DNA of 63,506 nt, filler included, from Reclinomonas americana ATCC 50394 (Eukaryota): NCBI GenBank assembly GCA_048213135.1. It is 14 parts of 14 records of this genome, joined end to end, with 100 filler letters (N's around TTAATTAATTAA, not from the genome) between each part and the next. Parts side by side here need not be neighbours in the genome. Positions count along the whole stretch, not along the records: positions 1 to 7,755 come from AFZH01022841.1; positions 7,856 to 11,864 come from AFZH01022842.1; positions 11,965 to 21,629 come from AFZH01022845.1; 11 more parts are not named here. One strand, 5' to 3'. Below the pieces are notes generated by a model. The model was given only the letters and a program-made list of their open reading frames with translations, did no database searches and was not told the DNA's origin. Below, in pieces: positions 1 to 12,130 of this stretch. Each line of letters opens with the position of its first letter. The stretch's first letter is position 1. The position numbers and the translations under genes are program-made.

Positions 1-19
1 CGGAGGAGGTGTGCATCAC

Positions 20-1203
20 TCATGCAGTGGAACCCACCTCGTCGACCACCTCCTGGATCGCTCGCAGCCACTGTTGCAGGTATTCGGGCTTGTGTCGCGG
101 ATTAACAAACATCATCTCCGGCACTCCATCCTCCTCGTCCAACGGGACCAGCCGGAAGCCGTCACTCATCAACTGCACATCGACATCCTCCAGCTCCGAC
201 GCCACCACATGCTTACCGTTGTACGAGACGTACTGGTGCAAGCAACGATCCATCAACACACACCAATGCTCCCGATTGTACGCTGCACATTCGCCAGTTG
301 GTACGCAGCACACACACACGCGCGCACACATAGAGAGGAGCGCCACGCAACGTCGCACAAACAGACTGCCGCTCATGGTGACGACGCCCAGCGGCCCGCT
401 GCCGACGAGCATCTCCTCATCGCGCTGCACAGCCAATCGCGACACGCGTTCCTCGCGCGTCTCATGCACCTCCTGCGCTCGTCGAATGGCCGCAATCCAC
501 TCCTCAATCACCTCGTCCGTGGCGTGCTTGTCATCGAAAAACACCATCTCCTGTCCCGGTCGCCCACGCAAGCGCATCGCGTTGGGTCGGAACGACGATC
601 GTCGCACATACAAGCCGCCAATGTACACCTCGAAAGTAGGGTTGCCAGGACACTACGTGTGTGTGTGCGTGTGAGCAACACCCATGTGCACGCAAGAGCG
701 AGAGAAATCGTTAACAACGCAACATCGGCCAAAGTCGCAAACGCACGCAATCGCGCTCCACTCAGCGTGCACCACAGGCGATGCCACACCGGCGACGTGG
801 GATCTAATGACACAGATGCACGCACACACACAGACACATAGACAAAGAGCAACAAAGGGGGAGTGAGCGCACAAAGAACACACACAATGGCCATCGCGTG
901 CAACACGCGCCGCCGACCTTGATACGTCAAAAAGCCCTCCTTGCTGGCCACGCTCAGCGAGCTCAAGTTGAGCGCCAGACTCGTAGGCGACAGCGAGTGA
1001 TGGTGCTGATGCTTGTGCGTGGTCAACGACGTGCGCACAGGAGGAGGAGCAGGAGGAGGCGTTCCACCACCACCACCACCACTCACAATTGCCGCAGCCC
1101 GTGCTGACATGGCATGCGCGGCCTGTTGCTGATGTTGATGCTGCTGCTGCTGATGATGATGATGATCGCCACCACCACCACCAACGCCGTCGCGATCGCC
1201 CAT
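20..1203 (-). CDS. Tandem PH-domain protein (spliced; 3' end uncertain)
   Basis: Spliced product reads KEGFLTYQ-DPTSPVWHRLWCTLSG...EEWIAAI, then MSGSLFVRPYNREHWCVL...QQWLRAI: two PH-like repeats, each with the C-terminal helix Trp. His/Gln/Pro low-complexity N-terminus. Introns at about 805-917, 653-723 and 283-351. Confidence 0.7.
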
Positions 1204-1260
1204 AATGAACGGTGACAATATCACGCTTTGTCCAGATGCTCGCTCCGTCATTCGCCATCG

Positions 1261-4200
1261 ATGCTTCGTGTGGGCGTCGATGTTGGCGGCACCAACACCG
1301 ACTGCGTGGTGCTGTCGGTGGACGATGGAAAGTGCCGCATTGTAGCGGCGCAAAAGTCGCCGACGACCGATCCGGTGGAGATTGGCGTGATCCGCGCGGT
1401 GCAGCAGGCGATGCGGCAGGTGGATGCGGCGCAGGTGGCCGCCGTGCGCGACATGATGATTGGTGGGTTGGTGGTGAATGGAGCGATTGTGTGTGTGTGT
1501 GTGTTCGGAATAAATTTCAATCATGCATTCCCGCTTGCCAAGGCACGACGCACTTTGTGAATGCCGTTGCGTGCTTCTATCGTTTTGCATACGCTGCGTG
1601 GTGGCATGGCGACTGATGATGATAAGCGTGCAGGTGGTGCAACGCAAGGGACTGACCAAGGTCGCCGTGCTGCGACTGTGCCACTACGCGACAACTGCGC
1701 TGCCGCCGTTCGCGGGGTGGCCCGACGATTTGGCTGAGTTGGTCAATGGTCGGTGGCGATTACCGGCGTGGGTGGAGGGAGTGCGATCGTGTTGATGGCA
1801 TCTCTCTGTGTGCAGGTTATGTGGCGATGCTGCCGGGTGGGTTCGAGTTTGATGGCAGTGTGATTGCGCCACTTGGGGAGGACGCGGTGCGTGTGGCGGC
1901 GCGCGAGGCGATTGCACGAGGGTGCGTGTGTGCACTCTGTTGTCGTCGTGTGGCCACGCGGTGACTCTCAAGCGCTGCGCAGCATTCGAGCGGTGGCGAT
2001 TGTCGGCGTGTTTGCGCCGGTGTGCACCGAGCAGGAGAAGCGAGCGCGTGATCTGGTGCGCGATGAGTACGAGAAGGCCGGTCAGGCCGCTGTGCACGTC
2101 ACCATGTCGTCGCAGATTGGTCGCCTCGGGTTCAAGCAGCGCGAGAATGCCACCATCATGAATGCGTGTCTGCGAGACCTGGCAGTGACCACCATTGAGG
2201 TGAGCGGCGACATTGCAGAGAGAGCTGGATGTTGTTCTCTAATCTGCTGCATGTGCGCAGGGATTCGAGCGCGCTGTCAAGTCCGAGCTCGGCCTCCGCT
2301 GCAACTTGTTCCTCACCCAGAACGACGGCACTCTCATGTCGAGTCAGCTGGCGTGCGAGTTGCCGGTGCTCACCTTTGCGTCGGGGTGAATCCGCTTTTC
2401 CTTCCTCTCCCAGTCGCTCCACACATGCTGACACTCATCTACTGATACACTGCAGACCCACAAACTCCATGCGAGGCGCTGTGTTCCTCTCCGGCCTCAC
2501 CAACGCCGTCGTCATCGACATTGGCGGCACCACTTCCGACGTGGGTCTATTGAGCGACGGGTGTGTTCCACTTGTGCCTCCCACTCTCCCACACATGAGC
2601 CGCTGATCTCGCACATCGTGTCAGGTTTCCTCGTGAGCGTGCACTCGAGGCCTCCGTGGGAGGCGTGTTGACCAATTTCCGCATGCCGGTTGCGTCGCGC
2701 GTGGTCATGCACGATCGTTCTCGTGAGTGCCTCATAGTGCGTGACACGCAGGATGTGCATTCCTTCGGTCTCGGAGGTGGGAGTCGTGTGCGCGTCAGCG
2801 ACACGGGTGCGGTGACAATCGGCCCCGACAGTGTCGGATACCGCTTGGTGCAGGAGGGAATTGTGTTTGGTGCGACTCTTCCTCTCCCTGCCTCTCTCGC
2901 CCAGCATCACGCAGACGCTCATTGTGGCCGAGCATGCAGGGGGCGACACATTGACGGCGAGCGACATTGCGGTGGCGGCTGGATTTGTGTCGATGGGTGA
3001 TCCCACCCGACTGCATGGCAAAGTAACGCCCGAGATGGTGGACAAGACTGTCGACTTGATGGTCGCCATGCTGGAGGAGGTCAGATGTGTGCACGAGAAC
3101 TCGCAAAAAATGACCCTCTCACTCTCCAAACAGAGCATCGACCAAGTCAAGCTGAAGACAGGCGCCATTCCGGTGCTCCTCGTCGGCGGTGGTGCAGTTC
3201 TTGTTGGCAACCGGTCACTCGCCGGAGCCAGTGAGGTTTTTGTGTGGCCATCAACGTGCGATCTGCGTGCTGGCTACTCACCACAGCGAGTGCAGATTAT
3301 TGTTCCTCCGTTCTCCGATGTGGTGAATGCAGTAGGTGAGAAAGGAGAGCACTGTGCTGGCTTATGTGGATCATCATGAGAGTAACACTGCGCGCGTGTG
3401 CGTGTGTAAGGCGCTGCGATTGCGCAGGTCAGCGCCGAGATCGACACGATTGTCGATTTGCCGCCGGCGCAGCACGACGAGATTATCCTGGAGCTGCAAC
3501 GGCAGGTCACGGCACAAGTGGTGGCCGCCGGAGCGCACCCCTCCACCGTCTCCGTGCTCGATGTCGACGAGGTCTGCAGCCGAGCACCACAGATGTACAC
3601 CAAGGATTTGCATCCGTCTCATCTTATCCTGGTACGCAGGTGGCGCTGGCATATGTACCCGGCAACAAGAGGCACGTGCGCATCAAGGCCGTGGGTGACC
3701 TGTTCATGTCTGCCGGTACGAGTACCGGTGCGGGCGCGGACAGCATGCCATCGGTCGCCGTCGAACGAGAGACAGAAACGCACGGCCACAGTGCGTCTTC
3801 GGTTGCCTCCATTGCGCCCGCAGGCAGTACGCAGTCCAGCAGCGGCAGCGGTCCGCAAGCAGCCGTGTTTGCAAATCACAACGTTGTCGACGAGCGCGAC
3901 ATCGAGGTGGACGCCGACGGCATGTGGGTGCTCAGCGAGCGCGATGTCGAGTTTATGACGTTCGGCGCCTCGATTCTCGGGTCGGGCGGTGGCGGAAATC
4001 CGTTGCGTCACCAATCCCTCGGTACCGCAGTGGCGCACCTCTCACGTGCGCTCGTCTCTGTTGTAGGTACTCGTCCAAGATGCGTGCGCTGACTGCACTG
4101 CGCGAGGGCAAACGCATTCGTGTCATGTCGACGCAGCAGCTCGCGGATGACGATCTGGTGATTCCAATCGCCTTTATCGGAGCCCCCACTGCCATGTACG

Positions 4201-5786
4201 TGTCTCTATCGCTGTCGCTTCGTAGCAGGTGACTGTAACCACCGAGAGCATGCAGGCTCGAGAAGCTATGTGCAGGCTTCGAGTGCTCGAACAGCTTCCG
4301 CGCACTGCGAAAGCTGGCTGACTTTGCAGAAAAGGTGTGAGACCTTGTGCACCGCAGCACATCCATTGACCCTTTACGCTCACCTCTTCTTGTGCGCAAC
4401 AGCGTGTCCGCGGTCTGATGCCGATCGAGGTCGGCGGTCTGAACAGCATCGAGCCACTGCTGACGGCCGCTCACATGGACGTGCCGGTGGTTGACGTCGA
4501 TGTTGCGTGGCCGCCACTGTTGTTGTTGATGAAGAAGACGGGAAAATCACGTATCTCTGTGGACAGGGCATGGGCCGGGCGTTCCCCGAGATGCAAATGA
4601 TCTCCTTTTATGTTGCGTTTATGAGACGGGAGGGAGGGAAAGAAGAGACGACTTGCTCACTCACTCTGCCGACGAGCAGATTAATGGACTCGACTATGCG
4701 CCGTGTGCACTGGTGTGTTCTTCCTGCTCTACGGCGCATGTGGTATTGTCACTTGACTGCTTTCGTGCGCCACAGTCAGACGACAAGGGAACGAGCTTGG
4801 TAGTCACGGATGTGCCGTCGCCCAAGGGCCTCGAGAACGTAATGCGCACCATGTTGCGTCGCAGTGCGCTTCCACACCGAAGCCACACACACAGCTCACG
4901 TACTGGTGGCGCAGTACGGTGCACTTTGGTTGCTCTGGCGGCCTCGCCCTGTGCCCACTCTCTGGAGCTCAGCTGAAGCAGCACGGTGTGCTCGACACGC
5001 TGAGTTTGAGCTGGCGCATTGGACTGGTATGCGCGCTCGTGGAGTCCCCCGAGTGCACCGCTCCCATTGCTAATAATCCTCCCCTGGTGGTGGCCGCGCC
5101 AGCTGGCCCACAACAGTCGCGTTCTGAAGCAGGATCCTGTGGAGGCCATCGCGCACTACTTGCAAGGTCGTGTGGTGTTCCGCGGCAAGGTGGTGGCTCT
5201 CGATCGCGGCACTGTCGGTGGCTTTGCGCGTGGAGTGGTGACTGTGGGAGGCGTGGGCGAGCACTGTAAGGAGTCCATGCTGATTGAGATGCAGAATGAG
5301 AACTTGGTGAGGCGAAGAAGCTGTGTGGCAAGGTTCCTCTGGCACAGACTGATTTGTTTCGCGGCAGATGGCCTGGCTCCGTTCTGCGGACGGCACAAAG
5401 ACGGTGGTGGCTTGCGTGCCAGATCTTATTGTGTGCGTCGAGACCGCCACCTGCAGTGCCATTACTGCCGAGGAACTGCGATACGGTATATATGTCGCCA
5501 ATATCGCCCCGTCGATGAAAGCGTACCCATCACCCTGCTGTTGCACACGTGCAGGTCAGCGAGTGTCGGTGATGGTGCTGCCGGCGCCCTCGGTCATGCG
5601 CACGCCGCAAGCGCTAAAGGTATGCTGTTCTCGCTCAACCACACTGCGTGTACACTGTACCTCATTATTGTGTGGCAGGTGGTGGGGCCGGCGGCATTCG
5701 GCTTCTCCAACAGCGCCGAGTACCCAATGCTGCCGGGCCACATGGAGGCCAAGTCGGTGTTCTACCACGACCAGCACCCCAAGTAA
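1261..5786 (+). CDS. Hydantoinase/oxoprolinase A-like domain fused to DUF917 (about 24 introns)
   Basis: N-half motifs GVDVGGTNTD, IGTTHFVNAVVQR, LTQNDGT, TFASGPTNSMRGA, DIGGTTSDVG, GLGGGS. C-half DUF917 motifs ILGSGGGGNP, IGAPT, PIEVGGLN, DGMGRAFPE, QNENL, VPDLI, EELRYG, VVGPAAFG. All joins are GT-AG and in frame; TAA at 5784-5786. Confidence 0.92.
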
Positions 5787-5827
5787 CAACAGCTACAACA
5801 CACACACAATGAAGTTTACGCTCTTAT

Positions 5828-6505
5828 TCACAACAGATTACGTTCCAGGGCCCACGCCACCAGGCGATGGCGAAACGCCTCGTTGGTGAGTATCATTCGC
5901 CGCTGCGCCACATCCTCGACGGCCCGAAATAAGCCTCGCTTGTCGTACTGCGCCACATACGCCACCACCATCGAGCCACTGCGATTGACGCCCGCACGGC
6001 AATGCACAAGCGCCCGCCCACCGCTCTCCTTGGCCTTGTCGATGAACTCGCGCACCTCCTCAAAGTGCTTCATGATGTCGTACTCCTCCGTGTCGTCCGA
6101 CGAGACCCAAGCACGCTCCTGGATCACAGTCGCCACCTCGTCCAGATCGTGACCGAGCAGATCCCGTGGTGAGCCCACCATGGAGAAGATGTGCGTGATC
6201 CCCATGCGCTGCACGAGTTCCACATCAAAGGCCTCCGTGATCCCACTGAGATACAGGTGCGGCAGAATCTCAGTCATCTCTCCCACGGGTGCCAGCACCG
6301 ACGGGCGCTGCGGGCGGCCGGCTTCTCGTTGCAGACGATAGCGCTCCTGATCGCTGGCCAGCACCACCAAGTTCATCTGCTTCACCGACTCATCGTAGCG
6401 CACCCATCGTCGACGAGCCTCGGTCGAAAAGTACTCGGCGTCGAACTCTTCCACCACAGACGAAGGCCGTGCTTCCTGCGTATCCTTGCCGTGCTGTCCA
6501 CCCAT
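5828..6505 (-). CDS. Dual-specificity protein phosphatase (intronless)
   Basis: 225-aa ORF with EILPHLYLS, the catalytic loop VHCRAGVNRS and a downstream AY...R...N..F motif. Confidence 0.92.
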   Translation of the reverse strand: MGGQHGKDTQEARPSSVVEEFDAEYFSTEARRRWVRYDESVKQMNLVVLASDQERYRLQREAGRPQRPSVLAPVGEMTEILPHLYLSGITEAFDVELVQRMGITHIFSMVGSPRDLLGHDLDEVATVIQERAWVSSDDTEEYDIMKHFEEVREFIDKAKESGGRALVHCRAGVNRSGSMVVAYVAQYDKRGLFRAVEDVAQRRMILTNEAFRHRLVAWALERNLL

Positions 6506-6583
6506 CCAGCGCGACTGGTGAAAGAGCGAAAAGCGAAAAGCGAGGCGGACAACGCGCCTGTCGTCCTCTGTTCCTGATCAATC

Positions 6584-7706
6584 ATGCGACGTGTGAGCGT
6601 GTTGCTGCTCTCTCTGTTGGTGCTGCTGGTGGCGGTGGCGGTGGTCGAGTCCAGCACGCAGCGACTGCGTGGTGGCGACGAGGTGCAAGGCGTCTCGCGC
6701 ATCATCGCCACTGGTAACAAGTGCGACGGTGGCGTCTTTTGTTCTTACAAGAACGTGCTGCTGTTGGAGCTTCAGCCGAGTGGGAAGGCGGCGGTGTTGG
6801 CCACGTTGCAGAGCAAGGTATGCGCTGTCTCTTGTGTGTGTGTGTGAGGAGGAGGAGGAGGAGTGCATGCCACTCATGCATTCATGATGATGCAGGTGCG
6901 CTCTCGTGACGTCGACAGCCAGTCGTATCTCAACGCAGTGGACGCGACGCATGGTGTCGTGTATGCACTGGTGGTCGATGGCGCGTTGAACACGCTCTCG
7001 TTTTACCAGTGCGTTGAACTTCTCCTGTGCTCGTTGCGTGAAGTCCTTTTTTTCCGACTCGTGCGAGCGCAGGTACAACGTGGCCTCGCAAGCGCTCTCC
7101 ACCATGATGGTGACCAACTCGACTGGTCTTGGTGCGCCGCTGACTATGGACTTTTACAATGGGTTCCTGTACTTGGCAAATGCACAGAATCAGTTGCGCG
7201 TCTTTCTCTCCAGCCTCCTTCTCTCCCCCTCCTCACATGCATGCGCGTGGCAGCCTGTTTGCCGTCAACGTGGCCACTGGCATCATGTCGGACATTGGGT
7301 TGCTGGTGAGTCTCCGCTGTACATCGCCCCTGTGTGTGTGTGTGTGTGCATGCACAACGATCTATCGCGTCGCAGGTGCCGTCGCAACAAGCGAATCAAC
7401 TCGTGCATGGCGGGTTGGTGGCCCTTGACCCGAGCACCAATTCACTGTACTCGTATGTCATCGACAGCGGCATGAGCGCCATGAACTACTACATTGCCAC
7501 CTGCACGCTCATCCCGGCTCAGGTGACCTTTTCTTTCTTCCTTTTTTCCGATCTCATGAGATATTGACACTCTCTCTCTCTCCTTCTCCTTGTGCCGGCT
7601 GAGCAGGGATGCGTCAACGCCACTGTCTCGCCCGGAACGCCCTACGATTCCGGCTCCTCCAGTGGCACCAAGTTGCGTGTTGACGACAAGAGAAAGACAC
7701 TCTCTC

Positions 7707-7755
<49 letters not shown>

Positions 7756-8146
7756 NNNNNNNNNNNNNNNNNNNNNNNNNNNNNNNNNNNNNNNNNNNNT
7801 TAATTAATTAANNNNNNNNNNNNNNNNNNNNNNNNNNNNNNNNNNNNNNNNNNNNTGACCAGTGGTTCATGACGGTCGGTGTGAGCGACGGCTCGGAGAA
7901 TGTTGCGTCGTTATGTTTTGCGCATGTGTTTGCCCGACGTACCTGTCTCTCACGAGTCATCCCGCACAGGCAAACACGGTGCTCCGTTTCCAGCTGCCGT
8001 CTGGCAAGTTGCTGGACGCCAACGGTCTGTCGACTCGCGCGCACGTGTCTCATTTGTGGAGTGTGTCTGTGCTTACAGTGCCGACTGCAGGTTGGACGAC
8101 GATACCGCAGACGTACTCGAATGTCGATGCGTATGTGCTGGCCTGA
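6584..8146 (+). CDS. Secreted protein of unknown function (spliced, spans gap 7756-7855)
   Basis: Hydrophobic signal peptide MRRVSVLLLSLLVLLVAVAVVES. At least 7 GT-AG introns join a beta-strand-rich open frame ending NVDAYVLA-TGA. Confidence 0.7.
7756..7855. other. Artificial scaffold spacer (first of 13)
   Basis: N run + TTAATTAATTAA + N run, 100 nt. The others are at 11865, 21630, 29903, 34142, 37454, 39200, 41003, 42624, 45756, 50499, 54827 and 60661. Confidence 0.98.
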
Positions 8147-8275
8147 ACGGACGGAGACATGCACGCATTCGTTTTTTTGCGCTTGTGCTGCAGAAATTTA
8201 TTTTATGATGGAGGCTGCGGCCCAAGTACATGCTCGCACGTGTACGAGATTTGTGTGCACAGACATGTTGCTGCA

Positions 8276-11200
8276 TTACGAACGCGACGACGACCACAGG
8301 CGCTCGAATTCGGCCCGCCGCCTCCGATACAGTTTCTCCTCCACCGGTAAAGGTGGTGCGCGGCACGGACCACAACAATTCTCGCAACAGCAGCAGCACG
8401 GACAACGCCACCAACAGCACTGCCTTCGACCTGCGCGTCCCACAAAGCCGTCGCCGGCGCTGGAGACCAGCAGTGCGGCCCGATCGACACGCGGCTTGCG
8501 CACCTGCAACATCAGACACGTAAGTGAGTCATCTCTCCCTCTCGGTCACACATCCACAGGAAAGTGCCGCACCAGCGCCATACGCGGGTCGTTTGCCACA
8601 CGCGAGGCTCGCGAACCGCTCGATCCAAACGCCGCCTCCTCGTCTGCTTCCTCGTCGACGGGACTGGGCGGGCAGCACTTGCACGAGAAGCCACTCATGC
8701 ATGCTTGGAGCGGTCTCTTCCAGCATTGCAGGGGCACAATAATGAGCTCCCACAGCAAGCACAGCACAAAGTTGACGGTGAACAGCAGCGCGAGTTGCAT
8801 GCTGTGCGAAGGGTGAGTGACGTGAGCGTTTGTGCGCTCACTCGGCAAGAAAAATCACAAACCAAAAGTTCATCGGCATCTCCATCATGCTGAAAAAAGT
8901 CCGTACATGCATCTCAGCGCCAAACAACAAGAAGAGAACGAAGCCGGAGACCAGAGCCAGCACGAGAACGAGGGGCCCTGCGCGTGCTCTCACTGTGTGA
9001 GAGACTCACGCAGACACAATGCACAAGCGGCAACGGAAGAAGCGCAACAGTTGGAGAACATGGTGCGTCGGTGAGGTCTGGCGGGATTCAGAGGGAACGC
9101 CAGGAATGTGGTCTGCACAGCCGTGGCCAAGAACAGTGTGGTGGTCTCGTATGTCAGGCTGAACTTGTCGTTCGGGTTTGGTCCGAATATCGGAACCCAC
9201 CTGCATGTTTCGAACCCAATCAGTTTCCTCGCCATCACCAGCAATGCTCCATCCCACGTAACCAACTCTGTTCGCGCACGTAAAAGTACGCAAACACCTG
9301 TACGAGGGCGCACAAGACGAACTGGCCCACCAGCGACACGAGGATCGGCGGCGCGGTGAGCGAGGCAGGTGGACTTTTCTTGGCCAGCTTTTTGGAAGCC
9401 GCCGTTTGTGCCACTGTGCACGCACTCAGATGGTGAGCCACAAACACACCAGCATAGCATGTCGTAGCTTGTGTGTGTGGTGCGCAACTGAAGAGAGTAA
9501 TGGGAGTGGCGATAATCAAATCCAGCACGAGATACTCGAGGTCACTCGGCACGGCATTGTCAAGAATGAGAATCGCGGTCGTCATGTACTGCAGCAAGCT
9601 GCGTTTGAAAGAAAACACACGGTCAGCGACATGAAACAGTGGTACAAGTATTCGCAACCTCAATCAATGCACCTATACTCGGCCACATAGCGGAACAAAG
9701 CAAACGAGGCCACCAGGCCAGATCGCCCCTCCCTGCAATAATGCCAGTGGGGTCAGGAGATGGTCGACGCAGACGACTGTCGCCACCAAAGGGGTGCACG
9801 CAACTTGAGCATAGTTACAACAGATCCGATTGAATTGACCTTGGAGGTAAACGGTGCCGCGATGGAGGCCTCGGCATCGGAGAGCGAGAGACCGACCTGC
9901 ACGAATATCGTGAGGACTGCACTGGAGAAGCAATCGGCGATTTTCCGTACACAAAGACGCACATGAGCGGCCTTGAGGGCACTGCAGTCGTTAGCTCCGT
10001 CGCCACACATGGCCACCGTGTATCCCATGTCCTGGTAGCACTCGACAAGCTGCGCTTTTTGCGCTGGGTTGGCGCGAGCAAACACAGCGCAACCAGCCAG
10101 CACCTTGGTTGATCATCATTGTGAGCAAATGCAAAAACAGACAGAAGCAACGGAGAACAGGCGTTCTGCGTACCTTTTGGAAGAACGAATCGCCGTCGAC
10201 ATCGCCGCAATGTGCCGTGCGCAGCAAATGGAAGCACTCGCCAGTCATTGCCAACTCGAATTCACGCACCGCCACGCCCTGCATCGGCTGCACCACGGAT
10301 GAGTCGGCAACTGACCGCGCGACTCGAACGCACGATGCGAGCTGGGCTACCTTTAGATTGTCGCTCAGCACGTTGTCTGGATTGTAGGGATCGACCCACC
10401 GAATGCCGCCGTCGCCAGTGGGCTCACTGAGAAATACCGTACGATCGCCACGCAGGATACCGCACTCACGCGCCACGGCAACAGCGGTGACGGGGTGGTC
10501 GCCTGTTTTTTTTGGTGCACCCAACGCTGTTGAGTGACGCACTCCCACGTATACAAGGCCTGCGACGATGATACCAACCAGTAATCATCACGCTGCGAAT
10601 GCGCGCGTCAGTCAGCTCGGCAATGTGCTGTGTGGTATCCGGCTTGAGCGGGTTGTGCAGCACCACCAGGCCCAGGAACTGCAAGTCGCTCTCCACGGCC
10701 TCCCTGCGCCATGCGTGCATCAGGCAACACGTCGCACAAGATGATGAGATTGTGACGAGTGCGACTCGCACCTGGCCAGCGCTCGTACGCGACGCCAGTC
10801 GTTGCCGAGAGGCTTGAAGGCGTACGCAATCACGCGGTACTGCTGACGCGCGTACTGTTGATTCACGTCCAGCGTGTCGACCGGCACTGCACGCATGTTA
10901 TCGATCGCATGTGAGCAGCAAATCAGAATGAAGGGGCGGTGGCGAGGCAAGTTCCACTCACCAGAGGCTGGTACACACAGTTCGCGAATGCTCTCCGGCG
11001 AGCCCTTCACGCATGCCACGTAGCCGCCGTCGCATGATATGATGGTGCTCATGCGGCGCAAGTCAGGCACAAAGTCGAAATGCTTGACAATCACCAGCTG
11101 CGCACGGGCGGTACGTGAGTGCACCGAAAAGAAACCAGTCACTTCCCGGTGGAAAAAAACGCAACAGAGCGGCGTGACTCTTGCAGCGTGATCTGCGTGG

Positions 11201-11786
11201 CCATTTGGTCTGGTTCAGGGTGCATCCCGCTGACTTCACTCATCGACTGGCCATTCACAAGCGAGTGAGACGGTGTCGCGCAACCACATTTCAATGCACG
11301 CCAGCGAATTGCACGCAACTGCTTCGCTGTTCTGGAAGATCTTGATCTCGAGTGGATCGCCGACCAGCAGCGTGTCGCCCTGAATCTGCGACAGGCTGTG
11401 GCACGACGCAACTGCGTCGGCCAGAGGCCCGTGTGCCAACGACAACTTTTCCAGCCACTCGGCAAAGTCGGCGCCACCGTCCCGTGCACTGCGTGCGAAG
11501 CCAGTTGGTACACAACGAGCTTGCACACAAAGAGCGAAGAGCAACGCACGAGACGGTTCGAGCACCGAGGACGTCGAGGCCGTCGGTGGTCAGCGTGCCT
11601 GTCTTGTCGAAGCAGCACAGATTGACCTTGCCGGCCAGATTGATTCTGTGCGCACGAGATGGCAAGTCGGTCAAATGCAGCAAGAAGATTGCGTTCGAGG
11701 GCGAAGGCTCACCGTGGCGGACTGATGCAATAGATCTGCTTCTTCCTGAGTCGAGCGGCGGCAGCCATGGTTCCCGTCGTCAGTGC
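8276..11786 (-). CDS. P5B-type ATPase (ATP13A2-5/Ypk9-like), C-terminal part; N-terminus lost in gap
   Basis: [27 protein letters not shown] (phosphorylation site), [80 protein letters not shown], followed by transmembrane segments. Confidence 0.93.
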
Positions 11787-11791
11787 CTGCG

Positions 11792-11841
<50 letters not shown>

Positions 11842-12130
11842 GACAACCAACCGACGACGCGGACNNNNNNNNNNNNNNNNNNNNNNNNNNNNNNNNNNNN
11901 NNNNNNNNTTAATTAATTAANNNNNNNNNNNNNNNNNNNNNNNNNNNNNNNNNNNNNNNNNNNNTTTTCTGCTGAATCTATAATCTCGCCCCAAGAAAAT
12001 TGTTAGCGTAGTCATGCTTGTGCCTGCGCAGCGTACTCGACTATCTGCTGTACGAGAGTCGAACTCGGATCCAAGTCGAGTTGTGGTCCAACAGGAAACT
12101 CCGAAATTCTCAGTCATTCTTCATCCTTTC

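Noticed and set aside
7756..7855. Recurrent TTAATTAATTAA palindrome at 13 sites
   Set aside because: It is always centred in a 100-nt N run: an artificial six-frame-stop linker. Gap lengths are nominal, since whole exon sets are missing.
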